DNA from: Paraspadella gotoi
Taxonomy: Eukaryota > Animalia > Chaetognatha
Direction: 5' to 3'
DNA: 64,000 nucleotides
Assembly (NCBI GenBank): GCA_051294375.1
Contig: CM119266.1
Location: 11,279,212-11,343,211, forward strand
Position numbers and translations under genes: made by a program
Notes under the pieces: generated by a model
Told to the model about the DNA's origin: nothing
Database searches by the model: none
The model's input: only the letters and a program-made list of their open reading frames with translations
Part shown: piece by piece, positions 1 through 11,636 of the stretch
Layout: each line of letters starts with the position of its first letter
Position numbering within the stretch: position 1 is the first letter of the stretch

Positions 1-1908
1 ATAGTTTTAATTTTCACTGAAGCTCTGCTCTGTACTCTCGTTGCAGTGAGCGTCCGCCAACCTAAAAAAGCAAATTTTCTTCTTCTTTTTGGATAAAAAA
101 ATACGATGTCAGGATATTGATGAATCATGGACAAGATTGCCCAATAAGTAAGATGTTGACAAACGGAAAAAGCAGGAAGATTGTAAAGTCTATTAAAGTA
201 CCTAGTTAATTTTGTTTCCATCTTTCGTTTAGTTTATTCTTTTTAACTTGTTTTTGTTTTAACACTTTAATCTGTATACCTGTATATGGTAAGTAGGATG
301 TGCTGCTTCAATCTATTCTGTTGACTAACAAATAAAACGGTATAATGACAAGAAAAAAATAATTTCATTTCTATAACAACGTTTTAAACTTTGGCAAAGA
401 TAAAAAATTTCGCTGTTAAACCTTTTTTTTTTTCTCTCCAAATTTTTTGATTGTTGAAAATGGTGAGAAGAGCGGAACTCGACTTTTGAGTGAAATTAGA
501 AAAAGCTCGAATGTAGTCTGACTACGTGGAGGTTCGAGAAGTCAAGGGGTCAGGTTGTTGACGTCTGCGCCAGGGAAACGAATCCAGAAAGAAAAAAAAA
601 CCAACGACGCCATGAGAGAGAGAAAAAATATTTTATTAAAACTCTAAAATAGAAAAAAAAATGCTTTATACAGTACGTATATCATGTGCTTTTGGACGAA
701 TATGGTAAAATACTGTTAGTCTGTAGGCTTCAAAGAAGACCGTTTCTGTTTTTCTATCGTTTGCTATAGTGTCGTCGTTTTCGTCGTTATTCGTCATCGG
801 TTTACGTCGGCTCTATCGTCATCGTTGTCGTGTCATCGTCTCCATCTTTTTCTCGATCTCCTCGCCCTTTGCTTTGACTAACGATGCAGGGGGGAGAATT
901 TTCTAGGAAACGGGTTAAACAACCTTCCATTAAATCTGAAACATGGTGCGGGAATGTTTCTCTCTTCGTCCTACTCTCTCTCTCTCTCTCTCTCTCTCGT
1001 TCTCTCTCTCTCTCTCTTCTCTCTCTCTCGACTTCTCTCTCTCTCTTCTCTTTCCATTCACTATTATCAAAATTTAAAAAAATCGCAACTCCCAAATTAC
1101 AATTAAAAATAATTCCATATTCCTCTCAGAACTATTCTATTCCGGGAATAATTTTTTATCTCTTTCGAGGCCACCTCTCTATTTTCCATCTCTTCTCTCT
1201 CTTTCCTTTTCTTTTTTTCTTCCACACTCCGCCGCCATTTTAATCTTCTTCAGTTTCGAATTCCCTTCTTCGACCGCCGAGACGATGTAGCTTTCAATCC
1301 TCCTTTTACTTTTCTTTTTTCTTTTCTCTTTTCTTTTTCCCCAAATCTCTTTCTTATATTTATTCTTTGTTTTTTTTGACGTTTTTACATTTTCGCCCTC
1401 ACTTCTCGGCCATTAGTTCTTTTTTATCTTTAGTTTTCTTAGCGTTCATATCTTCCTCTTTCCGGCCTTTTCTATTTTCTCCACCCTTACTGATTGAACA
1501 TTTACTCCAATTTTAATGTTTCCATAGTAAAAACATCTGAATGTATGTCCATTATTTCAACTGGCAGATACGAAATCCTCGGCTCGCTTCAATGGACGCT
1601 CTCCTTTACTCTCTCCTCATCTAAATGTCTTTCGCTCACAAGGGATCCCCCTACCGCTTTGTACAAAGATTCCAAACCTTTTAGTTCTTCTTTATCCTTT
1701 TTCCTTCTTCTTCTTCTCTTCCTATCCGGTCTTTCTTTATCTTGTCCTCTTCTTCCCCGCGAGTGAAAAAAGTGTCACCTAAAAGTGCTTCAATTTTTTC
1801 GGGATTCATTATTATGCATCGGCTGGCCGCGAGCCGCTATTATATTTCTTTTCTCTCCGGAATGAAAAAAAAAAGATATCTTAACAGTTTCTCTTCGTGT
1901 TCCCCTTT

Positions 1909-2213
<305 letters not shown>

Positions 2214-2462
2214 GCTGTTTATTTCAGTAAGGTTAATTAACGAAGCATAAAGGCGAATAAAAAACAAAACGGACAACTCGATAGCAATTCGACGTCGCGC
2301 CATCGTTCCGACGTTCTTCTCCCGCCCTTCCGACTTAGTTTAAAGCATGGCGCCGCCCCTTTAATAGAGGCAGTCGGCGTCGTCTTGGCGCCCTCCCGCA
2401 ATCGGGCGCCGCTTTTCTTTCCACGCCTCCTGCTCCTTCTCCGTCCTATTTCTTGCACTCAG

Positions 2463-2693
2463 CCTTCCCGTCGTCACAATGCCAGCGGCCGGCCGCCGTG
2501 CATGGCGGGCCGGCGGGTGGAGGCCGAGACTGTGACGACGAAAGCGACGATGGAGAGCGACGAACTTCTGGCGGAGAAGTTAAAAGGTGGACGAGGAAAA
2601 ACAACGCAACAACAACTTACTACAAACAACAACAAAACGGTTTCATCGGCCAAGGGGAAACAGCAGAGGTGGTCGGAGCCCGGAGAAGTTAAA
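2463..2693 (+). CDS. Candidate internal coding exon (phase 0-0) of an unidentified gene, low-complexity peptide
   Basis: A long polypyrimidine tract ends ...ttcttgcactcAG (AG 2461-2462) and a consensus donor GTAAGT starts at 2694. The 231 nt give 77 stop-free codons: PSRRHNASGRPPCMAGRRVEAETVTTKATMESDELLAEKLKGGRGKTTQQQLTTNNNKTVSSAKGKQQRWSEPGEVK. No recognisable domain. Confidence 0.4.
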
Positions 2694-3364
2694 GTAAGTG
2701 TAATTAGTGAAGCGTTAGAGCACACTATTGGCTTCTGTCAAAGAAAAAATGAAATGATTGTCGGAACGTGAAGCTTGATTGTGAAACCAAATTGATTGTG
2801 AACAAATTTGCATTGTGAAGGAAATTTCAACAGAAGGAGTGGTTACGTCACTTTTGTTGGTCTTTCGTTGGTCAAACTCGTTGGACTCGTGACAAAATAT
2901 GAGAACGCAAACTGTGTTCCCAGTTTAAAAAAAAAAATTGAACGGGAATAAAAAAAAAAAACAGATGAGAGAGAGTGACTTAAGCTTTCCCCTCCAGATC
3001 CGTTGTTTTGTCCAAAGCTCATCGATCGAGAAGCGACCGACTAATATGTTTGACAAAGTTTCACGTTCGTAAGCGTTTTTAGCGAAGCTTTCTCTTCACC
3101 ACAAAAAAAGTATTTACATTTTACCCAGTAGACATAAACACACTTTTATCAAGATTAATCGAACTACTGCAAGGAGTGGGGAACATCTGGAATTAAAGTA
3201 CCCTTTTAGTTCAGCGAAAATTTATGACGATTATAAAAAAAAACAGTTGGGTGAATTAAAAGGTTTTGTCGAAGTCAGAGACAAGTGAAACGGAAAAAAA
3301 ATCGTTTTTCCTGAAAATTTTTTAAAAGTCGCCTGACGTCATGGAACGGAATCGCGATGGTGAC

Positions 3365-3369
3365 GAGAT

Positions 3370-3431
<62 letters not shown>

Positions 3432-3503
3432 AGGAGAGAGAGAGGAAGAAGAGAGAGAGAGAGATGAGAGGAAAGAGGAAAGAAGAGAAAGAAGAGAGAG
3501 AGA
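3365..3503. repeat. (GA)n imperfect microsatellite
   Basis: Direct reading. Similar GA/CT tracts lie at about 960-1050, 3810-3940, 8175-8255, 11553-11636, 12900-13330, 31911-31985, 40550-40608, 61187-61249 and 63286-63327. Confidence 0.95.
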
Positions 3504-3813
3504 GAAATACAGACAGACAGATTAACCCACAATGAAAGACGAACATGAGAAAACAGACACTGAGACATAGAAAAAAAGACAGGAATGACAGGAAGAAAAA
3601 AAACAAAAAAAAGGATGGGAAAAGAAACAAAGGTTAAAACTCATCATGATTTTTCTCTGTCATTTTCTGTTCTCATCTCTCCAAATTGGTCGTCGTTCGG
3701 TCCGTGCCGCCTGCTAATTTGATAAAACCGCGAGTAGGCGTCTGGCTGGGGCTCTTGCCCGGCGCCATCGGTGGAAATGTAATGAACGATCGAAAACAAA
3801 ATGGCAAGTAGGA

Positions 3814-3846
<33 letters not shown>

Positions 3847-5149
3847 GGAGAGAAAGGAGAAGAGGAGAGAGAAGAGAGAGGATGAGAACGACAGGAGAGA
3901 GAGAGAGAGAGAGGAGAGATAGAGAGAGAGAGAGAGAGAGGCCAGTCGATACAAACTATGTATAACTCGATTTGTGTAAATTTGCGAAGTAAGCAGTGAG
4001 TGACGTCAATTGACGTCAATGGCATCCCAGAGCTTGAAAAGAATTGACGCCAAATAAAAGATCTTTTTTTCTATTCGAGTGCGTCGATAAATTAAAGCGA
4101 CTATATCGTCGATGATAAGCATTGATAAAAAACAGACAAAACAAAATGACAAACAAAAACCTAAATCGTAAAACTAACACCAACAATTCTATTAGTAGGT
4201 CATATATGGCTACTTAATGTTTTGCAACAAATTAAGTTATAAACTTAATTTTATGCTATTTGAAAGACCGACGTCGCGACGAGTCTTCGACCAAGTTAGC
4301 ATCTCATTGACCTTTTTTTTCCGGGAGAGTTTTCGAATCCCAAGTTAAAAACTCATTCTTTCCCCGGCTAACCGCGGCGCCGCCGCCGCCGCCGCCCGCC
4401 GCCGCCTTCCCTGCGACGAAAGTCGGGCGTCCACGGCGTCGGTTTGTCGGGTCATTAGTTTGACGTCAAAGGAAATTCTCGTCTGTGATTGATGACTTCT
4501 GGAGAAAGAAAAAAAGAGGAAAGGAAAAAGGAGAAAGAAAAGGAGAAAAAGAGGATTGGAAAAAAAAGACGAGACGAACTAAGAGGAAAGGGAGAACAGG
4601 AAAGGAAAAGGCTGAAATTAAGAGAGAGAGAGATACAAGAGAGAGAGAAGAGAGAGACTGAGGAGAGAGAGAACGAGAGAGAGAAGAGAGAGACAGAGAG
4701 ACGAAATATGTCGGTTTTTTCATGTTCTTTTTTGTTTATTTGGTTTATTTTTGATTCGTCTATTATTTTGTCATTTTATTTCTGTGTTGGAGTTAGCATA
4801 AAACATTTTATCATCCGAAGCTTAAAAATCAAAATCAAGAAAGAAACCTCAGGGAAATAAGTTAAGGAGAAAGGAATAAAAAAATAGGAAAGGAGGTAGC
4901 GAAGAAAAGAAAAGGGAGGAAAATAATCAGGAAAGATTGCGGTTGATTGGCAAAGGAGCGAATCGAATATCACCGAGGAGGAGAATCTCTGCGGATTAAA
5001 AAAAAGAGGGAGAGCGGATGAAGAGAAGGAGTGAAAAGGCGCGCGAAAATTTGAAAATAGGAAAATAATAAAATTAAAATTGAAATTTAATGTTTATTTA
5101 AGGTAGGTGTGGGTGTTTAAATGTAGGATCGGATAATTCCCAAATTTGT

Positions 5150-5520
5150 TAAAAGAAGAACGCTTAATTCCATGGTTGTTGCGCCGCAGTGACTTTATTT
5201 TCACGTGTATTCCTTTGATCACATGATATTGACATGACGTGACATGACTAAAATATTTTTGCCCATGGTATTTATGACATGCACTGCATCAAAGTCCCGT
5301 CTTTATTATTTATCATTTTTAGGGGAATTCTTGAGGTTTTACGTTTAACAAACTGGGCAAATTATGCATTTTGTAACATAAGTGAGGACAGACCGATAGA
5401 CAGATAGAAGACAGACAGACAGTCAGACCAAACCGACAGACACGGACCGAAGCGGCGTAAGCAGTTGCTCTGTTTACAGCGGCTGCAACAAAACGCTACC
5501 GTATTTAAAACGAAATAAAA
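5150..5520 (+). mobile_element. Short non-autonomous dispersed repeat, DINE-1/HINE (Helentron-associated)-like, copy 1
   Basis: Shares ordered blocks with 36288-36610: attcca(t/a)gg(t)tgttgcgccgca, then tttt..aac(a/g)taagtg..(g/a)acagaccga, a (GACA/GACC)n tract, then cggctgc..cgctac. The family assignment is inferred from this architecture only. Confidence 0.45.
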
Positions 5521-5549
5521 AAAAAACAACGCCAGTAAAAGGAAAAAAA

Positions 5550-5825
5550 TACATAAGAAACCGCATTCATAAATGTTGCGCCCACATTTTTGCTTCTTTC
5601 ACGTCATTACAATTTCATTGATAATCTCAATGATAACATGACCAAACAACGGCGATGCAACATTACACGCAACAAACTATAACAAATGACTTGCGTATGC
5701 TGCGAGTTTTTATGTTTCAACCTTAGTAGAACGAATGGATAAATAGACACAACTTTTACAACCGACCCCGACCGACAGTCCGATTGTCTTACAGAGATAG
5801 AGGTAGCGGACCAAATTTCAAATTT
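5550..5825 (+). mobile_element. Degenerate second DINE-1/HINE-like copy in tandem with copy 1
   Basis: Begins with a weaker version of the terminal motif (aagaaaccgcattcataaatgttgcgcccaca) and ends with accgaccccgaccgacag...cttacagagat. Confidence 0.3.
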
Positions 5826-8172
5826 TAATGAACAGCATTAACTTATCCATTATTTGGATTAATATGTGTGAGCAAAATGCTTTTTTTTTTTATAAACGAA
5901 TTTTTTTATTTTTCATAGAAAAAACGGGACATGTTCGGCTTGTTGCAAGCCCTTTCTTGCAGCCGTCAACACAATATGTGAGAATTTGACAGTTGTGTGA
6001 AAGAAGGGAGAGAGAGAGAGAGAGAGAGGAGAGAAAGAGACCAGGGCAAAGTTTCCAACACAGAGTTTGGAAAAGAATAGTGGTCAAGTTGGTGAGGACA
6101 GGCTTAAGAATGAGGACAAATAGGATTTTAGTTGTGAATTAGGGCAAATGAAATGCTGTCAGAGTGAGAGAGATTGAGGAGAGAGAGAGAGGGATGACAG
6201 GGAGAGAGAGAAAATAATAACATTTTCAAATGTACAAACAAATAAAGTTTTTAAACTAAATAAGACAGTATTAACCAATTAAATAAATAAATAAGTTTGA
6301 TGGAGGTGAAATGAAATTGTGAAAGTGAGGAAGAAAATACATTTAGTGTAATAAAGTTAGAAATTAAAATGTTAAGATAGCAAGCTCAAAGTGAGCTGGC
6401 CCCCCTTTGGTTTGACACAATGAGAGGCTCGGGCGGATGGGGCTGGGTCATTGGCGTGTCATTGGCGAGAAAGACAATTGACACCGAACATGTTATTGTC
6501 GGCTATGGAGGCTTCCTTGCGGAAAGATCCAACGCTACTCGAATGTCTCTTTGGCCTGATTTGCGTTGTAAAAACAAAAACCATTTTGCCTGCAATACAC
6601 AGAGCAACGAAGGAAAGGTTATTACCAATATGTCTAATTACTTGTGTTTAAATATTTTTTACAAAAATACCGAACCTATGGTAATTCGCTAATTATATAT
6701 TATGCTAATTAATGTTCAAAAATTTTTTTTGGATTTTTTTAAGTTTTTTAATTGATTCATGATAGAGCTTAAAAAGTTAAGCTAAAAATAATATAATTAC
6801 ACACTTTTTAAAATTTTGATGTTATTACTAAAAAAATAGAAAAACTGCTAAAATCATCGGTGATGATGATGATGATGATGATTTGAAGGGTTTCTCAATT
6901 TTAAACCCACTGTTATCATCAAATATATGAAAAAAAGAGATTATATCTGGGGTAGATAACTGTTTCATAAGCTATTGAATCTGCCTAAAAATAAAAAAAT
7001 TCAAAAAAAAGTTTTTTGACATTTCCTATCTATAAATAAATATTAAAAAATTAATTACTAATGCTTCGTTGCCATTTTAGAAAATTTTTTGCTCCATTGA
7101 AAGTTTTCTCAGGAAATAGTATTGAGTTTCATTTGGAAAAGGTTCCCAAATTCAAAACTTCTGACCCACCCCATTGACGCGAGTTTGGCTCTAACAGAGA
7201 TGCTCAAAAAAGTGAGACTCGCCGACGGACCATCACGTGATCTTTTAATTTTTGGCGAAAAAGGTGAAGAGATAATCGTTCCTTTTATGTGTTATATTCG
7301 GAAAAGAGGCGAGGAAGATTGCAATTAGACGCGGTGGAGTAGGGACGGTTCTGTTGTGGAGTGATGAGGGATGGTGAAGGGTTGGGATGGGGTGGGCTAA
7401 GGAGGGGCGAGCACAGAGAATGAGGATGAATGACGAAGAGAAAAACCATTAATGAAGACGGAATTTTAAAAAAAATGTTCTCTTTCTTTTCCCGAGAAAC
7501 GGAGAACTGTTGGCCAAATCAGAGAAAATCCTCGGGGCCATAATCAGCGAACGAGGTCTCGCTCTCTCTCTCTTCTCTTTCTTCTCTCTCCACTTCTCTC
7601 TCTTCTTTTTTCTCTCTCTCACTCTCTTACTTTTCCCAAACCGGCCTTGAAGATAGTCTCACACTATTGTCTAGGCAAGATAACGCATGGGCGCGAATTA
7701 ATTCAAAATGAGTAATCAAATGGATTATATAAAAAATTTGAGAATTTTTCTCCATTTTCTTACTTTGATAAAAAAAAAAAGATGAAAGAATTGAATATCA
7801 CGCGACGAAGTCTTTTCATTCGTTTTGTCAAACATTACTTGTCAGTGGAATCCAGGAACCTCGATAATTTATCGGTGAAGCAAATTCCCCTCGTATTTCC
7901 ACCGATGCCGTCGCAAATGGCTGACCATCTCTTTAGTGATGAAATATTAAATATCAATTACAATTTACAACATTATTAGTTTTCCTTCCGATGTAACTTT
8001 TTGATAATATTATTTTGGAGTGATATATGATTAGTTGAAATGTCAATACTAAAAAAAAATATTTTTTTAAAAAAAAAAAGGATTAGAAAAATGAGAAAAA
8101 TGAGTGAATAAATGAGGACCGCATCGACGTTGAAATTCTTCGACTTTTTTGTTTCCGCTTGCGCCGACCCAT

Positions 8173-8237
<65 letters not shown>

Positions 8238-8802
8238 ACTCTCTCTCTCTCTCTCTGTATCAAAATTACCGGATGTCGAGGGAGAGAAAATTAAATTGCG
8301 CCTCAGAAAATAAAACGAGACTCCGAATAAAACATAATAGATTCGAGGGACAATTGGAGGATCCATTGCAAAAACCAGTTGAAGGCGTTGGAGATGATGG
8401 ATGTCGTCGTTGGAATCCTCCTGAGATTCTGATAATCCCGGTGCGAAATAAAAAAAAATAATCGTTTTAAATCAATAAATTTTATTGAATTTTTATTCAT
8501 AAACAGACTTTTCGTAAAAAAATAAGTGTAGGTCTTTATGTTTAATTCAAATTCAACTGCGCCGCTCTGGTTCATTAATCCCCTAGTGAAATTTCTCCAG
8601 GCCGCCTCTCTCTCTCTCTCTCTCTCTCTCTGCTTCTCTCTCTCTCTCTCTCTTCTCCTCTCGCCTTCTCTCTCTCTCTCTCAATCTGCGCCCATTAAAC
8701 GCCCCCTCTTTTCTCTTCTCGGTTCCCGATTCCAAAGCTCTTTCCGTTTTCAATCTGTTTCTCTTCTCAATTCATTACATTCGACCTTCATTCCCGTCGC
8801 GA

Positions 8803-8886
8803 ACCACGCAGTCTCTTCCCACAGAATCTCCCAAACCCAGGTCCGACCACGCAGTCTCTCCCCACGCCCACACCGTCTCTTCCCAC
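8803..8886. repeat. Short imperfect direct repeat, about 3 copies of ccacgcagtctc(t)tcccac
   Basis: accacgcagtctcttcccac (8803), accacgcagtctctcccac (~8846), ccacaccgtctcttcccac (~8868). Confidence 0.7.
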
Positions 8887-9316
8887 TCCCAACCCTTTTT
8901 TTTCCCTTCGCTCACTAAGTTCCCCACCCATCTTACGATGTTCCCCACTCATCCTTTTTCATCTTCCAATCTCCCATCGGGTTTTTGGGCAAGAAGTCAT
9001 TAACGAGTCCATCATTGGCCGCCGCCGCTGCAACCGCTGCCTCCGCCGCCGTCGCTGACGCAGCCTCCGACATTACCCCTGCCGCAGACGCCGCAGCCGA
9101 CGCGGCTTCCGCAGCCATTGGCTCGGAGACACGAAACGGACCCCAAATCAAAGAGTCGTGCCCCCATTTCCTAGATGCGACCCCGAACACTCTCTCTTTT
9201 CTTGTGGCGGGAGTTTCACAGTTTTTGCCGATTTAGCTAGACTCGGCCATTTCAAGGCCTCCTTGGAAGTTTAAAGTTTTTTATTTAATTTTTTTTTATA
9301 ATCAAATCTTCATTTT

Positions 9317-9389
9317 GTAGTCGGGCATTGCCTAGGTTCACCACGCCTATAAGCATGACATCTTCAGTCTTAGCGCCTTATCCACAATT
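9317..9389 (+). mobile_element. 73-bp short form (empty site or internal-deletion derivative) of the SINE-like element at 34.9/37.3 kb
   Basis: gtagtcgggcattgcctaggttcaccacgcctataagcatgacatcttcagt|cttagcgccttatccacaatt corresponds to the left flank (37337-37387) joined directly to the right end (35173-35193) of the long copies. Confidence 0.75.
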
Positions 9390-10920
9390 TAAGGTTTTTT
9401 AAATATATCTGGGTCTTTCTCAATTATCATTAATTGAAATTCATTCTTTCTCTGTGCATATTTTAAGTGTGAGGAATTCCTTTATGCGAAGATGTTTAAA
9501 TATAAATCTAATTTGCATTTAATAGCAGCACCCCGGTCCTTCTTTCAAAAGTCACGCCTGCTTTATCTTTTTATCACCTCATTCATTCGATAAACTTCGA
9601 CTAGAAAAATGTATCTTCCCTTTCCCTCCTTCTCCTATAAATTACCTGAAAAAGTAATAAAACGCCTGAAAGAGTTCGGGAAGCTCCCGAGTCCAAGGCG
9701 TCCATTCGTTACGCGGTCTCATCATCTCCGAGTTTCCATTACCGAGGAACCTCGTCTCGCCCTCGCGGCCCGTCCNNNNNNNNNNNNNNNNNNNNNNNNN
9801 NNNNNNNNNNNNNNNNNNNNNNNNNNNNNNNNNNNNNNNNNNNNNNNNNNNNNNNNNNNNNNNNNNNNNNNNNNNNNNNNNNNNNNNNNNNNNNNNNNNN
9901 NNNNNNNNNNNNNNNNNNNNNNNNNNNNNNNNNNNNNNNNNNNNNNNNNNNNNNNNNNNNNNNNNNNNNNNNNNNNNNNNNNNNNNNNTAGAGGCAACGG
10001 TGCGAAAAAAAAAAATTCTATAAATTCGAATATATATATAATTTTATCTGTTTTTAAAGTTTTGTTATCAAGCAGATTAATTAATAAAAAATCTTTCCCA
10101 TTAAAGAAATCGATACACGTTTAATTTTGAAATGTTCTTCTTGAGCTTCTTCAGTTGGTTCCATTCTACTGTAATCGTCTGCCTTTTTTGTTTCTCAGGT
10201 ACGTTTAAATATATGTGGGATGAATGATATAAATTTACTGATTCATTCTAGTTCCGCGAAATTCTTGGGTTAAGAACTGTCGTCGAATTATTAGTTTTCT
10301 CCGTATTTTCCATGATTTCATTCTTTTTCCAACCTTCCGCTCTCATCTCACTCCCCTTTCTCAACTCCATCCAAATCCCCTCCACCCTCTCCCATCCCCN
10401 NNNNNNNNNNNNNNNNNNNNNNNNNNNNNNNNNNNNNNNNNNNNNNNNNNNNNNNNNNNNNNNNNNNNNNNNNNNNNNNNNNNNNNNNNNNNNNNNNNNN
10501 CCATCCCCATCCAAATCCCCCTCCACTGGCTCCAATGAGAATCGGCGATAATTGTTTCGATTCGTCGCCTTAAATTAAAAAAAANNNNNNNNNNAAAAAA
10601 ACACGTCTGCGCCGGAAAATTCCGGCGTCGAGGACCATTTCGACGCCGCTTCGTTGAGATGAAAGACGAACCGGCGCTCCCTTCATTCGTCGACGATCCT
10701 TTTTTTCTCTGGAAAAAACCCCGTTGTCATTGTTGTTGTTGTTGTTTTTGTTTAGACGCTGACGCTCGACTGCGTCTAAAAAACAAAAAGGGGAAAAAAC
10801 TGGGTAGTGATTTTCATTATCTCGCGGACTCAAAAAAAAAAAACGTCTTGGGCGGAAAAAAAGTCAGTCTTTCTCGTCATCTTCTCTTTCTTTTATTTTC
10901 CGCTTGAGTTTCCGAGATGA

Positions 10921-11045
10921 CGTTGTCGTCGTCGTCGTCGTCGTCTTCCATCCCCAATGTCCTCCTTTCGCTAAACGACGTCATCGCCGTCGTCATCGCC
11001 GTCGTCGTCGCCGTCGTCGTCGCCGTCGTCGTCGTCATCGTCGTC
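10921..11045. repeat. (GTC/GCC/ATC)n trinucleotide tract with a 12-bp sub-period (gccgtcgtc(a/g)tc)
   Basis: Direct reading. Confidence 0.85.
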
Positions 11046-11550
11046 TCCCTCCGTCCTCTCTAATGCGGCCGACAAAATAATTTTCCCTTCGAAAATATTT
11101 TACGACTTTTTGCCTTTTTTCTTCTTTTGGAATCGTCGGCCATTTTGAATTCGCGATTTTCCTCCATTCGTCTCGAGGAGACGGATTTTATTTTTGTGCC
11201 ATTCTTTCCTCGGGCCTCCCCTCGAGTCGTTCCTTCTCCCTCCCTCTTTTTTTTNNNNNNNNNNNNNNNNNNNNNNNNNNNNNNNNNNNNNNNNNNNNNN
11301 NNNNNNNNNNNNNNNNNNNNNNNNNNNNNNNNNNNNNNNNNNNNNNNNNNNNNNNNNNNNNNNNNNNNNNNNNNNNNNNNNNNNNNNNNNNNNNNNNNNN
11401 NNNNNNNNNNTGGCGTTCGACGTTCTTGATCCAGTGTTTTTGTGTATCCCGCTTTCCCCCCCTTCATTTCTGATCCTTTGACTCATTCAACCGTCTCCCT
11501 CTCAAGTGAACCTAAACTCCCATCTCTCGCTGCTTAGATCCCTTCCCATT

Positions 11551-11636
<86 letters not shown>

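Noticed and set aside
6400-6650. Balanced-composition island with overlapping short ORFs
   Set aside because: No recognisable motif, consistent splice-site pair or second copy in the window.
8330-8445. Non-repetitive island; one frame (DNWRIHCKNQLKALEMMDVVVG) faintly recalls a copia gag N-terminus
   Set aside because: Only ~30 codons, several frames are open on both strands, and there is no LTR or further gag/pol sequence.
8985-9130. Ala-rich ORFs on both strands, superficially like type I antifreeze protein
   Set aside because: A degenerate GCN trinucleotide run reads as Ala on both strands. There is no 11-residue Thr periodicity and no convincing splice sites.
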